Source: Bacteroidota bacterium (GTDB taxonomy: Bacteria > Bacteroidota > Bacteroidia > Bacteroidales > GCA-2711565). Taken from it: a stretch of DNA of 64,000 nucleotides. Made by a program: the position numbers and the translations under genes. The notes below the pieces were generated by a model. It saw only the letters and a list, made by a program, of their open reading frames with translations, did no database searches and was not told where the DNA came from. Shown here piece by piece: positions 38,770 through 49,405 of the stretch. Position 1 is the stretch's first letter. The number at the start of each line of letters is the position of its first letter. Where the stretch lies: assembly GCA_003353955.1 (NCBI GenBank), contig PIVJ01000004.1, forward strand, positions 1,608 to 65,607. The letters run 5' to 3'.

Positions 38770-39654
38770 CTATCCTTTTAATGCCTCTGCACCACTTACA
38801 ATTTCTAATATTTCATTGGTGATGGCGGCTTGTCGGGCTTTGTTATATTTTAATTTCAAGTCTTTCAGCAGTTCTTCTGCATTATCAGTTGCTTTATGCA
38901 TAGCTGTCATGCGCGCACCATGTTCAGATGCAAATGAATCCAACAGGGCTTTATAAAGTTGGATTTTTAATGATTTAGGAATTAACTCAGTTACAATTTG
39001 TTGTTTGTTAGGTTCGAAAATATAATCTGCCTGAATTGTTGAATCTTCCTTTTTGTCTTCTTCTGGTACTATTGGCAAAAATGGTTCTGTAATTAATCGT
39101 TGAACCGCTGCATTTTTAAATTGATTATAAACCAGAACGATTTTATCAAAGGTTTTGTCTTCAAAATTCTTCATTAATTGCTCCGCCAGTGGAACGACAT
39201 TTTCAAAGGTTAATTCGGAAAAAACATCCATTTCGTTGCCTGCAACCTTCAGTTCTCTTTTGGCATAAAATTCAATAACTTTTTTACCAAAACAATAAAC
39301 TGAAACATTGCCTGCATTTGATTGTTTTTGATAGCTTGATTGAATTAATTTATTTGCTTCTTTTATTACATTTGCATTGAATGCACCGCATAATCCCCTA
39401 TTAGATGCAATTATCACAATCAATATTTTTTCAGGATTACGAACATCGGAATAAATACCTTCTTCGCTATTATCAATACTTTTACTTAGGTTTTGAAGAA
39501 TTTCAGTAAGTTTTAAGGCATAGGGTCTTAATTTAAGAATGGCATTTTGAGCTCTTCTCAATTTAGATGCAGAAACCATTTTCATCGCACTTGTAATTTG
39601 CTTAGTGGAGTTAACTGAATCTATTCTATTCCGAACTTCTTTTAAACTTGGCAT
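38770..39654 (-). CDS. atpG: F-type ATP synthase gamma subunit
   Basis: MPSLKEVRNRIDSVNSTKQIT.AMKMVSA N-terminus and ITNEILEIVSGAEAL C-terminus. Confidence 0.95.
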   Translation of the reverse strand: MPSLKEVRNRIDSVNSTKQITSAMKMVSASKLRRAQNAILKLRPYALKLTEILQNLSKSIDNSEEGIYSDVRNPEKILIVIIASNRGLCGAFNANVIKEANKLIQSSYQKQSNAGNVSVYCFGKKVIEFYAKRELKVAGNEMDVFSELTFENVVPLAEQLMKNFEDKTFDKIVLVYNQFKNAAVQRLITEPFLPIVPEEDKKEDSTIQADYIFEPNKQQIVTELIPKSLKIQLYKALLDSFASEHGARMTAMHKATDNAEELLKDLKLKYNKARQAAITNEILEIVSGAEALKG

Positions 39655-39674
39655 TTATTATTTATTTAATCGAT

Positions 39675-41261
39675 TTATTTTTCTTCGTATTTATGAGAAA
39701 AATCGGCAGCAACAGTTTCTAATATTTTTATATCCTCATCCAATAACTTACCTTCTCTTAAATTAGCAAGTACATCCTGATGTTTAGCTTCCAGATAGTG
39801 CAGATATTCAATTTCAAAATCAATAATACTCTTTGCCGGAACATTTTTTAGTAATCCCTTAGTTCCACAATAAATAATCGCTACTTGTTTTTCAACGGTC
39901 ATCGGAGAATATTGGGGTTGTTTAAGGATTTCTACGTTTCTCTGCCCTTTTCCTAACACAGCCATGGTTGCTGCATCTAATTCAGATCCAAATTTTGCAA
40001 ATGCTTCCAATTCACGATATTGAGCTTGATCCAATTTAAGAGTTCCTGCAATTTTTTTCATGGATTTGATTTGTGCATTTCCCCCAACACGGGATACTGA
40101 AATACCTACATTAATTGCCGGTCTGATGCCTGCATTAAACAAGTTCGATTCAAGAAAAATCTGACCATCCGTAATGGAAATTACGTTGGTTGGAATATAT
40201 GCAGAAACGTCACCTGCTTGAGTTTCAATAATCGGTAGTGCAGTTAAAGAGCCACCTCCTTTTACTTTGCCTTGAAGAGAATCAGGTAAATCGTTCATTT
40301 GCCTGGCAATTTCATCTGAGTTGATAACCTTCGCTGCTCTTTCTAATAATCGCGAGTGTAAATAAAATACATCCCCGGGATAGGCTTCACGTCCCGGGGG
40401 CCGTCTTAATAATAAGGATACTTCACGATAAGCAACCGCTTGTTTTGATAAATCATCATAAATTACCAGAGCTGGCCGACCTGTATCTCTGAAATATTCA
40501 CCAATAGCTGCACCTGTAAAGGGTGCATAAAACTGCATGGAAGCCGGATCAGAAGCGGTGGCTGTAACAATGACAGTATAAGGTAAAGCACCATGATCGT
40601 CGAGTATTTTATAGATATTAGCAACGGTTGAACCTTTTTGTCCGATAGCAACATAAATACAATATACCGGCTCGCCTTTATCGTAAAATTCTTTTTGGTT
40701 AATGATGGTATCAATAGCAATTGCCGTTTTTCCGGTTTGACGGTCACCAATAATTAATTCACGTTGGCCTCTCCCAATTGGAATCATTGCGTCAATCGGT
40801 TTAATTCCGGTTTGAAGTGGTTCATTAACCGGCTGGCGATATATTACACCCGGGGCTTTTCTTTCCAGTGGCATATTAAAGAGTTCGCCTTTAATTTCAC
40901 CTTTTCCATCAATAGGTTCACCCAAGGTATTAATTACCCTGCCCAGCATTCCTTCACTTACATTAACCGAGGCAATTTCCCCTGTTCGTTTAACCTTATC
41001 GCCCTCATTTATTTCATTGGTTTCGCCCAATAAAACAGCTCCAACATTATCTTCTTCAAGATTAAGAGCGATTCCTTTAAGTCCACCTTTTTCAAACTCG
41101 ATTAATTCACCAGACCCAATATTGTTAAGTCCGTAAATACGAGCAATTCCGTCACCGATCTGAAGAACGGTTCCAACTTCTTCAAGCTCTGCTTCGTTTT
41201 TAAATCCGGCAAGTTGTTGGCGTAATATTGCAGATACTTCTGCGGGTTTAATTTCGGCCAT
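39675..41261 (-). CDS. atpA: F-type ATP synthase alpha subunit
   Basis: Walker A GDRQTGKT, with the alpha-specific [13 protein letters not shown]. Confidence 0.95.
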   Translation of the reverse strand: MAEIKPAEVSAILRQQLAGFKNEAELEEVGTVLQIGDGIARIYGLNNIGSGELIEFEKGGLKGIALNLEEDNVGAVLLGETNEINEGDKVKRTGEIASVNVSEGMLGRVINTLGEPIDGKGEIKGELFNMPLERKAPGVIYRQPVNEPLQTGIKPIDAMIPIGRGQRELIIGDRQTGKTAIAIDTIINQKEFYDKGEPVYCIYVAIGQKGSTVANIYKILDDHGALPYTVIVTATASDPASMQFYAPFTGAAIGEYFRDTGRPALVIYDDLSKQAVAYREVSLLLRRPPGREAYPGDVFYLHSRLLERAAKVINSDEIARQMNDLPDSLQGKVKGGGSLTALPIIETQAGDVSAYIPTNVISITDGQIFLESNLFNAGIRPAINVGISVSRVGGNAQIKSMKKIAGTLKLDQAQYRELEAFAKFGSELDAATMAVLGKGQRNVEILKQPQYSPMTVEKQVAIIYCGTKGLLKNVPAKSIIDFEIEYLHYLEAKHQDVLANLREGKLLDEDIKILETVAADFSHKYEEK

Positions 41262-41281
41262 TATGTTGTTCTTTTCTTAGT

Positions 41282-41839
41282 TTAAAATTCACGAATATAC
41301 AGATTGGTATCGAATTCTTTTTTCAATTCCTTAATCTGTTTTTGAACACTTGCATTATACTGAAAATCTTTATAGGCGAGTACAAATCCTCCGATTAGTT
41401 CTTCCTTGACACTTTCAATTAATTCAATTTCACCTTTGGTTTGATCTTCTAAAAGTTCAACTATTTCCTCGCTAATGTTTTGATCAATCTTAACAGCAGT
41501 TGATAAAACAGCGGTGGTGATGTTTTTATATTCTTTGTATTGTTCAATAAATTGCTTTGCAATGGGTTCAATAAATGCTTCTCTGTTTTTACGGGTAATT
41601 AAATATAGAAAATAGAGTGACATTTGTTGAAAGTGTTTTTCGAAAATAAGAGATATTATTTTTTCTTTCTTGTCTGTATAAATGATTGGGCTGTGAAGCA
41701 TTAACCTAAAATCCTTGTTTTGTTCGCAAACAAACACTACCAAGTCCATATCGGTTTTTACCGATTCTAAAAGATCTTGCTCCAGCGCTAAATCAAACAA
41801 TGCTTTCGCGTAACGGTTTGCTATTCTGGTTTGCTTCAT
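41282..41839 (-). CDS. atpH: F-type ATP synthase delta (OSCP) subunit
   Basis: ANRYAKALFDLA N-terminus. Sits between atpF and atpA. Confidence 0.85.
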   Translation of the reverse strand: MKQTRIANRYAKALFDLALEQDLLESVKTDMDLVVFVCEQNKDFRLMLHSPIIYTDKKEKIISLIFEKHFQQMSLYFLYLITRKNREAFIEPIAKQFIEQYKEYKNITTAVLSTAVKIDQNISEEIVELLEDQTKGEIELIESVKEELIGGFVLAYKDFQYNASVQKQIKELKKEFDTNLYIREF

Positions 41840-41861
41840 TTACGATACAGTTTGGTGAAGA

Positions 41862-42356
41862 TTAGTTGATGTTAACTTCATCCATTAATTTTTTGATATA
41901 ATCTTCTTGCTTTTTATCTTCCGAAAGTTCTTGCTTTAAAATTTTCTCAGCAATATCAATTGATAAAGAAGCTATTTGGTTTTTTAAATCGGTGATAGCT
42001 GCCATTTTTTCATTTTGGATGCTCTCCTTGGCACTCTCAACAATTCGGTTTGCCTCTTCATTTGCCTTGAGTTTTGATTCTTCAATAACTGAATCTCTAA
42101 CTTTTCGTGCATCTTTTAGAATGGCATTTCTTTCTTCTTTAGCCTCTTTAAGTAGTTTCTCATTATCGAAATGCAATTGCTTCATTTCTTCCCTGGCTTT
42201 GTTGGCTTGGTTTAAAGCATCATCTATGGTAGCTTCTCTGTCTTTCAGTGACTGCATAATCGGCTTCCATGCAAATTTTTTCAGAATGAATAAAACAATT
42301 CCGAATGACAAAGTCATCCAAAAGATTAATCCAATTCCGGGGCTTACTAATTCCAT
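41862..42356 (-). CDS. atpF: F-type ATP synthase b subunit
   Basis: Single N-terminal TM helix followed by a long charged coiled coil. Confidence 0.85.
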   Translation of the reverse strand: MELVSPGIGLIFWMTLSFGIVLFILKKFAWKPIMQSLKDREATIDDALNQANKAREEMKQLHFDNEKLLKEAKEERNAILKDARKVRDSVIEESKLKANEEANRIVESAKESIQNEKMAAITDLKNQIASLSIDIAEKILKQELSEDKKQEDYIKKLMDEVNIN

Positions 42357-42428
42357 AATTTGTTATTTAATTAAATAAAATTCTATGCTGCTCAACCAAT
42401 CGTTGAGCAGCATAGAATTAGTCTTTTT

Positions 42429-42701
<273 letters not shown>

Positions 42702-42737
42702 TTATATATTTAATTAGTGATTAATGAATATTTAAAT

Positions 42738-43841
42738 TTAATGATGTTCTTCGGTTGCCATTCCAAAATAAAGTGCTGACAATAATGTAAAAACATAGGC
42801 CTGAATAAAAGCTACTAAAAGTTCCAGAAGACCCATAAAGATTGCGAATGCTACAGACACAACAGATATTCCATAACCCAAACCAACACTCATATTTCCA
42901 AAAATAAATATCAAACTCATAAACCCAAGAATGATAATGTGTCCTGCAGTAATGTTTGCAAATAGTCGAACCATTAACACAAATGGTTTTGTAAAAATTC
43001 CAATGATTTCAACGATTGGCATTAATGGAACCGGGAATTTTAACCACCATGGTACACCGGGGGTATTTACAATATGAACCCAGTAATTTTTATTTGCGTT
43101 AATGGTTGTGATTACAAAAGTAAATAGTGCCAAAACCAGAGTCACTGAAACGTTTCCGGTAACATTTGCGCCCCCAGGAAAGAAAGGAATTAATCCCAAA
43201 AGGTTATTAATTAAAATGAAAAAGAATACGGTTAATAAAAATGGCATAAACTTTTCATGTTTTTTTTCTCCGATTGAGGACTTCGCAATATCATCACGGA
43301 TGAAAATAATCAATGGTTCAATAAATGATTGGAGTCCTTTTGGTGTCTTACCCAAACGCTTTTTATAGGATTTTGCAACCGAAATAAAAATAATACAAAT
43401 GAAAATCAGGCTTAAGAATATGGCGGTTACATTTTTAGTAATTGATAGATCGAGGGGTAATTGTTGCTCAGTATGCGCATCGCGATTTACTTTTATAATT
43501 TTATTTTTGTTTGGGCCGTCGTGTGCAATTTCAAATCCTTTGTAGCTTTCGTGCCCATGATGAAATTTAGCCGAACTAAAAACAAACAATTTTCCCTCAT
43601 CAACTAAAATTACCGGTAATGGGATGGCTATGGGTTTTTCTCCAACATCCATGATGTGCCAATAATACGAATCAACAATATGCCCAATAATGGCTTCACC
43701 GGCATTGTATTCGCTTTTCTCGGGCTCGGCATGTTCAGTGTTGGCGTTAGATGCAAGAATGCTTGTATTTACTACTATAAGAAAAGAAAGAATTAAATTC
43801 CTCATCATCCTCATTTGTTTTGACCTATCCGTATTGATCAT
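42738..43841 (-). CDS. atpB: F-type ATP synthase a subunit with long N-terminal extension
   Basis: Conserved LMVRLFANITAGH (essential Arg). A 367-aa form is typical of Bacteroidota. Confidence 0.9.
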   Translation of the reverse strand: MINTDRSKQMRMMRNLILSFLIVVNTSILASNANTEHAEPEKSEYNAGEAIIGHIVDSYYWHIMDVGEKPIAIPLPVILVDEGKLFVFSSAKFHHGHESYKGFEIAHDGPNKNKIIKVNRDAHTEQQLPLDLSITKNVTAIFLSLIFICIIFISVAKSYKKRLGKTPKGLQSFIEPLIIFIRDDIAKSSIGEKKHEKFMPFLLTVFFFILINNLLGLIPFFPGGANVTGNVSVTLVLALFTFVITTINANKNYWVHIVNTPGVPWWLKFPVPLMPIVEIIGIFTKPFVLMVRLFANITAGHIIILGFMSLIFIFGNMSVGLGYGISVVSVAFAIFMGLLELLVAFIQAYVFTLLSALYFGMATEEHH

Positions 43842-44060
43842 CTACTACTTAAATGTTTTAAAACCGGCTGCAATTTTACGAATATTTGGCGAATTATTAA
43901 AGGTTTTTTATCAATTTAATTAGAAACATTCCTGTTAAATAATTCAGCATACATATTTTTATCTGAGCTTGATTAATATTATAACTTCTGGAAGTTTGAA
44001 TATTTAATATTTTTCCGTACATTTAAAGCATAACCACATAAACTACTAAAAGGAAAAGAG

Positions 44061-44564
44061 ATGAAAAAAGGTATCTTATTTATTATTTTTTATGCACTTA
44101 TTTTTGCAGGCTGTAATTACCAAAAATCCGAAACTATCGATTTAAAAGCTGAACACTTACAAGTCGAAACCGTATTAGAACAATTTGTTATTGCTAACGA
44201 AAATCAGGATTTCGAATTAGTTGAGAAAATCTGGGCTTCAGACGAGAATATTGTTTTGATCGGAACTGATTCGGATGAACGGCTAGTAGGCTGGACTATG
44301 ATTGAACGATCAGTTAAACATCAGTTCAGTGAGTTTCAGGAAACTTTTATAACAGTGAGTGATCAATTAATCAGGCTTAATGGAAAGTGTAATTCTGCTT
44401 GTTTTAGCGAATTACTGGCTTATAATTTCATTTATAAGGGAGAAGCCAAGAGTTTCACTGGTATGAGATTTACCGGGGTATTGGAGAAGATTGATGGGAA
44501 TTGGGTATTGGTTCAAGGACATCTATCAATACCAGCTGAAGTAGAAATGAATGAAGTGTATTGA
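44061..44564 (+). CDS. SnoaL-like / NTF2-fold lipoprotein (DUF4440-like)
   Basis: Lipobox FAGC and an NTF2-like pattern (VLEQFVIANENQDFELVEKIWASDENIVLIGT..W.LVQGHLS). Confidence 0.65.
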   Translation: MKKGILFIIFYALIFAGCNYQKSETIDLKAEHLQVETVLEQFVIANENQDFELVEKIWASDENIVLIGTDSDERLVGWTMIERSVKHQFSEFQETFITVSDQLIRLNGKCNSACFSELLAYNFIYKGEAKSFTGMRFTGVLEKIDGNWVLVQGHLSIPAEVEMNEVY

Positions 44565-44611
44565 ATCAGTGAGACTTTGATTTTGTGAAACAAAATTAAT
44601 TAGGCGAAGTG
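44564..44611 (+). repeat. 48-nt repeat, copy B (starts in the stop codon of the SnoaL-like gene)
   Basis: aatcagtgagactttgattttgtgaaacaaaattaattaggcgaagtg. Contains the hairpin TTTTGT-gaa-ACAAAA (44581-44595). Confidence 0.9.
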
Positions 44612-45100
44612 ATTCTTCGACTTCTCGTTAGGATCTTGTGGGTTATATCCCCTCCTTATAGAGTTCCAAGAAATTATTTGTCCTTACATTTGCTAATGTC
44701 TACAAAAATATTAGGCTAATAATCTTAGTAAAGTTACCACTAGTGTCCGAAAGTTAAGGCGACAAATTGATCGTAAGTCCTATATTTACTACTTCCTTTA
44801 TCTGTTTTGTAAGTATTTGGTGCAACTTTCAAGAAGCCACCGAGGTACTAAATCTAATATTTGCCGAATTACTGGCTTATTATTATTTTTGTTTCGCCTG
44901 AAGAGTCCCATATTTAAAATGTTTTGTTGTGAAAACAAAAATATAAGATTCTGAGGGCTTTTTAAAATTAGTGTAAAGTTACAAACATAAAAATATTTAT
45001 GAAGCCAATTTTAAGCAATCTAGGATTAAGCTCTCAACAGAAATGGATTACTTTTATGGTCTTGTTTCTTTTGTATCTTAGTATGTAATAAAGATCCATT

Positions 45101-45723
45101 ATGAAAACACAGTTAAAGAAAAATGAAAAATTAGTTTTACTTATTAAGAAACATTGGTTAGTCCTATTAAATCCAATTATCTGGACATTAACCTTATTAG
45201 CAATAGCTTCTATTGGTTCAGAATCTCCTTATGAAACTTTTTTCTAATCTTAGCAAGCCTAACTATTCTCTGGTTCATTTACAGATTAATAGACAAAAAA
45301 AGTAATTTATGGGCAGTAACAAATTTGAGAATAATTGATGAGCATGGAGTATTTTCGAGTAATTCAAAAGAAACACCTTTGGATAAAATCAACAACGTAT
45401 CATTTAGCCAGTCTCTTTTAGGGAGAATATTTAATTATGGTCATGTTCAAATTCAATCTGCCGCAGAATCTGGTTCTACTGTTCACGAAATGATAGAGAG
45501 ACCGAAGCTATTAAAGGATACAATTACTCAATACCAAGAATTATATAAATAAGAACAAATTAAAGAGCAAGCTCAAAGTTTAGCAAATGCAGTGGGTGGA
45601 CAAGAACATCCTGAGAAAGTTGATATTTCAGAAGAATTAACCAAACTTCACGAACTAAAAGAAAAAGGAATCATAACCGAAGAGGATTTTATTAAAAGGA
45701 AAAATAGAATATTGAATGATTAA
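45101..45723 (+). pseudogene. disrupted bPH_2 (YdbT-like PH domain) / SHOCT-domain membrane protein gene
   Basis: N-terminal frame (45101-45247) and PH-domain frame (open 45235-45552) differ by 1 nt at a T6 run (45238-45243). An in-frame TAA (45550) separates an ATG-less SHOCT-like tail (ELTKLHELKEKGIITEEDFIKRKNRIL) that ends at 45723. Confidence 0.6.
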
Positions 45724-45741
45724 CACCTGCAACTAACAACG

Positions 45742-45866
45742 GCAAATAGGCAATAGCGGGTTCTGTGTCTCATGATAACCGCAGGTTTCAATTGAAAACC
45801 CTGTCCTTCAGACAGACCATTTCGACATGAAATCCGCTACTTCCCATCGCCATATACGCTATTTGC
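45742..45866. other. nested-stem element in ORF-free DNA downstream of pgk
   Basis: GCAAATAG (45742-49) pairs with CTATTTGC (45859-66), and TAGCGG (45754-59) pairs with CCGCTA (45834-39). These enclose hairpins at 45782-45803 and CTGTC-cttca-GACAG (45801-45815). Confidence 0.35.
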
Positions 45867-45994
45867 ATTTAGCCCTTTCAATAAATATTAATTTTTCGTA
45901 ACGCAAATATCTTTCTTTTATGGAGAGAAAAGTCAGCCATCATTTATTTAGAGCGCTGATAAATAATTATTAGCGATAACTGTCTGATGATTTC

Positions 45995-47191
45995 TTAAAA
46001 TGATCTTTCTATCGCAGCTATTCCGGGAAGAATTTTTCCTTCAATAAACTCAAGCATTGCCCCTCCTCCGGTAGAAATATAACCTACCTGATTTTTAAGC
46101 CCATATTTATTTATTGCAGCCACAGAATCTCCTCCCCCAATCAAAGAAAAACAACCTTCTTTTGTTGCCTTTGCAACAGACCGGGCAACACTTTTAGTTC
46201 CATTTTCAAAATTCGACATCTCAAAAACACCCATTGGCCCATTCCATAAAATTGTATGAGATTGACTTATAACAGTATTATATTTCTGAATAGCGTCGGG
46301 TCCTATATCCAAGCCCATCCATCGATCTGGAATATCATATGATGAAACAATCTTTCTATTGGCCTCATTTGAAAATTCATCGGCGATAACAGCATCCAAT
46401 GGCAAGTATAAATTAACATTCTTATCTTTGGCATAATTTATTGTGTCCATAGCTAAATCAAATAATTTTTCTTCAACCAACGAACTGCCAATATTCCCCC
46501 CCAATGCCTTGATAAAAGTAAACATCATACCCCCACCAATGATTAGATTATCAACCTTGTCAAGCAGGGTATTGATTATTTCAATTTTTCCGGAAACCTT
46601 AGCCCCACCCAAAATTGCCGTAAAAGGACGATCGGGATTACGAAAAACTTTGTTGATGTTTTGGATTTCATTTTCCATGATGTATCCAAACATTTTATTC
46701 TCCGGGAAAAAATCAGCAATAATGGCTGTTGAAGCGTGGGCACGATGAGCAGTACCAAAAGCGTCATTAATATAAACATCGCCCAGTAACGCAAGTTGTT
46801 CAGCAAACCTCCTGTTACCAGCTGTTTCTTCTTTATAGAATCTAAGATTCTCCAATAACAAAACATCCCCTTTTTTGAGTTCTGATGATATCTTTTTTGC
46901 TCTTTCCCCGATGCAGTCATCGGCAAATTGAACATCTCTTTTAAGCTTTTCGGACAAATATGAGCACAGGTGTTTTAAAGAAAACTTATTCTCAGGGCCA
47001 CTCTTGGGCCGTCCCAAATGCGACATTAAAATAACAGAACCCCCGTGCTTTAATACCCTTTCTATGGTTGGAATTGTAGCATCAATACGGGTACTATCGG
47101 TAATTTCAAAATTACCATTTAAGGGTACATTATAGTCAACTCTAATCAAAACTTTTTTGTGTTTAAAGTTAAACTGATCAATTGAATTCAT
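45995..47191 (-). CDS. pgk: phosphoglycerate kinase
   Basis: RVDYNVPL, SHLGRPK and GGGDS motifs. Confidence 0.95.
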   Translation of the reverse strand: MNSIDQFNFKHKKVLIRVDYNVPLNGNFEITDSTRIDATIPTIERVLKHGGSVILMSHLGRPKSGPENKFSLKHLCSYLSEKLKRDVQFADDCIGERAKKISSELKKGDVLLLENLRFYKEETAGNRRFAEQLALLGDVYINDAFGTAHRAHASTAIIADFFPENKMFGYIMENEIQNINKVFRNPDRPFTAILGGAKVSGKIEIINTLLDKVDNLIIGGGMMFTFIKALGGNIGSSLVEEKLFDLAMDTINYAKDKNVNLYLPLDAVIADEFSNEANRKIVSSYDIPDRWMGLDIGPDAIQKYNTVISQSHTILWNGPMGVFEMSNFENGTKSVARSVAKATKEGCFSLIGGGDSVAAINKYGLKNQVGYISTGGGAMLEFIEGKILPGIAAIERSF

Positions 47192-47274
47192 ATAACTTAT
47201 TTAATTAGACGATTAAGCCCAAAATTACTATTTCTAGATAAAATAAGTAAATTTGCTCGATAAAAATTAATTGT

Positions 47275-48432
47275 ATGGAAGATTTTCAAGGAAACCTCAG
47301 TACCAAGTTAGCCAATGTCGGAACTTCCATTTTTGCTGTAATGGGCCAACTTGCCAATGAATATAAGGCTATAAATTTATCACAAGGCTTTCCGGACTTT
47401 CCGGTATCCAAGGAATTAATCGATCGGATAAATCATTATATGAAAGAAGGACATAATCAATATGCACCCATGACCGGGGTTCCCAGCTTGCGAAATCAAA
47501 TTGCAAGAAAAGTTAAAGACATTTATGGGGTTGATTATAGTCCTGATTCAGAAATCAACATTACTGCCGGTGCTACCCAGGCCATTAATACGGTGATTCT
47601 CGCTTTGATTAAGGATAATGATGAAGCAATAATCTTTGAACCCGCCTATGATAGTTACGCTCCATCCATTCGGTTAAATGGTGGAATGGTAAAGTATGCA
47701 CAATTACGATTACCGGATTATTCTATCGATTGGAATGAATTATCCAAAATGATAACTCACCGAACAAAGCTTATCATTGTAAACACCCCCCATAATCCTA
47801 GCGGAAGCATTCTAAGTGCCGAAGACATGAAAAGACTGGAGGCACTTACAAACAATACCGACATCCTTATTCTAAGCGATGAAGTTTATGAACACCTCAT
47901 TTACGATGGACTTACACATGAGAGTGCTTGCAAATTCCCAGGATTAGCAAGTAGGAGTTTTGTCATTGGCTCCTTTGGTAAAACATTTCACGCAACAGGT
48001 TGGAAAATTGGGTTTGTTTTGGCTCCTAAAAAACTTATGACCGAATTTAGAAAGGCACACCAGTTTGTGGTTTATGCCGTTAATACACCCATTCAGTTTG
48101 CACTGGCCGACTTCTTGGAAAACAAAAAAAATTACAGTAAACTTCATAAATTCTATCAGCAAAAAAGAAACTATTTTGTTCAGAAGATGCAACAATCAAG
48201 GTTTGAAATTGTCCCCTCATTTGGCACCTATTTTCAGGTATTGGATTATAGCAATATTTCTGATGAAACAGAAATGGATTTTGCAACTCGTCTAATTAAA
48301 GAACATGGTATCGCGTCAATCCCTATTTCTCCATTTTATCACAATGGTTTTGAATCAAAAAGATTAAGATTTTGTTTTGCGAAGAAAAAAGAAACCCTTG
48401 ATAAAGCTGCAAAAATATTATGCAAAATTTGA
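47275..48432 (+). CDS. PLP-dependent aminotransferase, YbdL / glutamine-transaminase-like
   Basis: Class I fold with NTPHNPSG and PLP-lysine context SFGKTFHATGWKIGF. Confidence 0.85.
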   Translation: MEDFQGNLSTKLANVGTSIFAVMGQLANEYKAINLSQGFPDFPVSKELIDRINHYMKEGHNQYAPMTGVPSLRNQIARKVKDIYGVDYSPDSEINITAGATQAINTVILALIKDNDEAIIFEPAYDSYAPSIRLNGGMVKYAQLRLPDYSIDWNELSKMITHRTKLIIVNTPHNPSGSILSAEDMKRLEALTNNTDILILSDEVYEHLIYDGLTHESACKFPGLASRSFVIGSFGKTFHATGWKIGFVLAPKKLMTEFRKAHQFVVYAVNTPIQFALADFLENKKNYSKLHKFYQQKRNYFVQKMQQSRFEIVPSFGTYFQVLDYSNISDETEMDFATRLIKEHGIASIPISPFYHNGFESKRLRFCFAKKKETLDKAAKILCKI

Positions 48433-49211
48433 AAGTAACCATCATACAATCTGATTTATTTTGGGAAGATACCCATGGAAATCTGGCGAAGTTTGATAAT
48501 CATATTAATAGCATGGGTGAACTAACGGATTTAATTGTTTTACCTGAAGTTTTTAATACAGGATTTCCAGTTGATCCGTATAAATTTGCCGAAACACTTG
48601 ATGGCTCAACTATGAATTGGCTCAAAGAAAAAGCCATTGAAAAAAACTGTACCATAACTGGAAGCCTCTTGATAAAAGACAAAGGGAATTTTTATAATAC
48701 GTTGATTTGGATGAGTCCCAATGGTCACTATTCAAACTATGCAAAAAGGCATGTATTTCATTTGGGTGATGAAGCTGAAAACATCAAGCCCGGAAGCGAA
48801 AGTATAACCCCAAGCCTTAAAGCTTGGAACATTCGTCCGTTAATTTGTTACGACCTCCGCTTTCCGGTATGGAGTAAGAATACCTATCAAAACAATCGTT
48901 TTGAGTACGACTTACTTATTTACGTGGCTAACTGGCCGGCTGCCAGAAACTATCCCTGGAAACAATTATTAATAGCCCGTGCTATCGAAAATCAGGCTTT
49001 TGTGATCGGGGTGAATCGAATAGGAATTGACGGGTTAGATAACAAATACTCAGGAGATACCATGGTGATTGACCCCAAAGGTCGAATCATATCTGATGTT
49101 GAATCTGATGTGGAATCCGTTCAGACCTTTGAATTGTCCTATACAACATTAAAAAATTTCAGGGATAAATTTAATGTTGGGTCTGACTGGGATCAATTTA
49201 CGATTCAATAA
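48420..49211 (+). CDS. nitrilase-superfamily amidohydrolase, omega-amidase (YafV/Nit2-like)
   Basis: Glu-Lys-Cys triad contexts LPEVFNTGF, YAKRHVF and LICYDLRFP. 13-nt overlap with the upstream aminotransferase. Confidence 0.85.
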   Translation: MQNLKVTIIQSDLFWEDTHGNLAKFDNHINSMGELTDLIVLPEVFNTGFPVDPYKFAETLDGSTMNWLKEKAIEKNCTITGSLLIKDKGNFYNTLIWMSPNGHYSNYAKRHVFHLGDEAENIKPGSESITPSLKAWNIRPLICYDLRFPVWSKNTYQNNRFEYDLLIYVANWPAARNYPWKQLLIARAIENQAFVIGVNRIGIDGLDNKYSGDTMVIDPKGRIISDVESDVESVQTFELSYTTLKNFRDKFNVGSDWDQFTIQ

Positions 49212-49405
49212 AATAGGTTAAATACCGAAAGCATTTATAAATTATGGATCACATCTTGTTCGGATTTCTTTGTAAAAAATAAATTTTAGCAGCCAAAGGG
49301 AGCCTCAATTTGAAATTTTAAATATTGTCTGTGTATATTTACATCAAAATATTATTTCGGTTTAATGATAATATTTTAAATTCGCAGCCTTAATAATCCG
49401 CAGTA

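Noticed and set aside
44409-44880. 16-nt exact match cgaattactggcttat inside the SnoaL-like gene (44409-44424) and in the downstream spacer (44865-44880), suggesting a partial duplication
   Set aside because: A few exact 16-mers are expected by chance among all pairs in 64 kb of AT-biased sequence. Similarity decays quickly outside the core (about 22/26).
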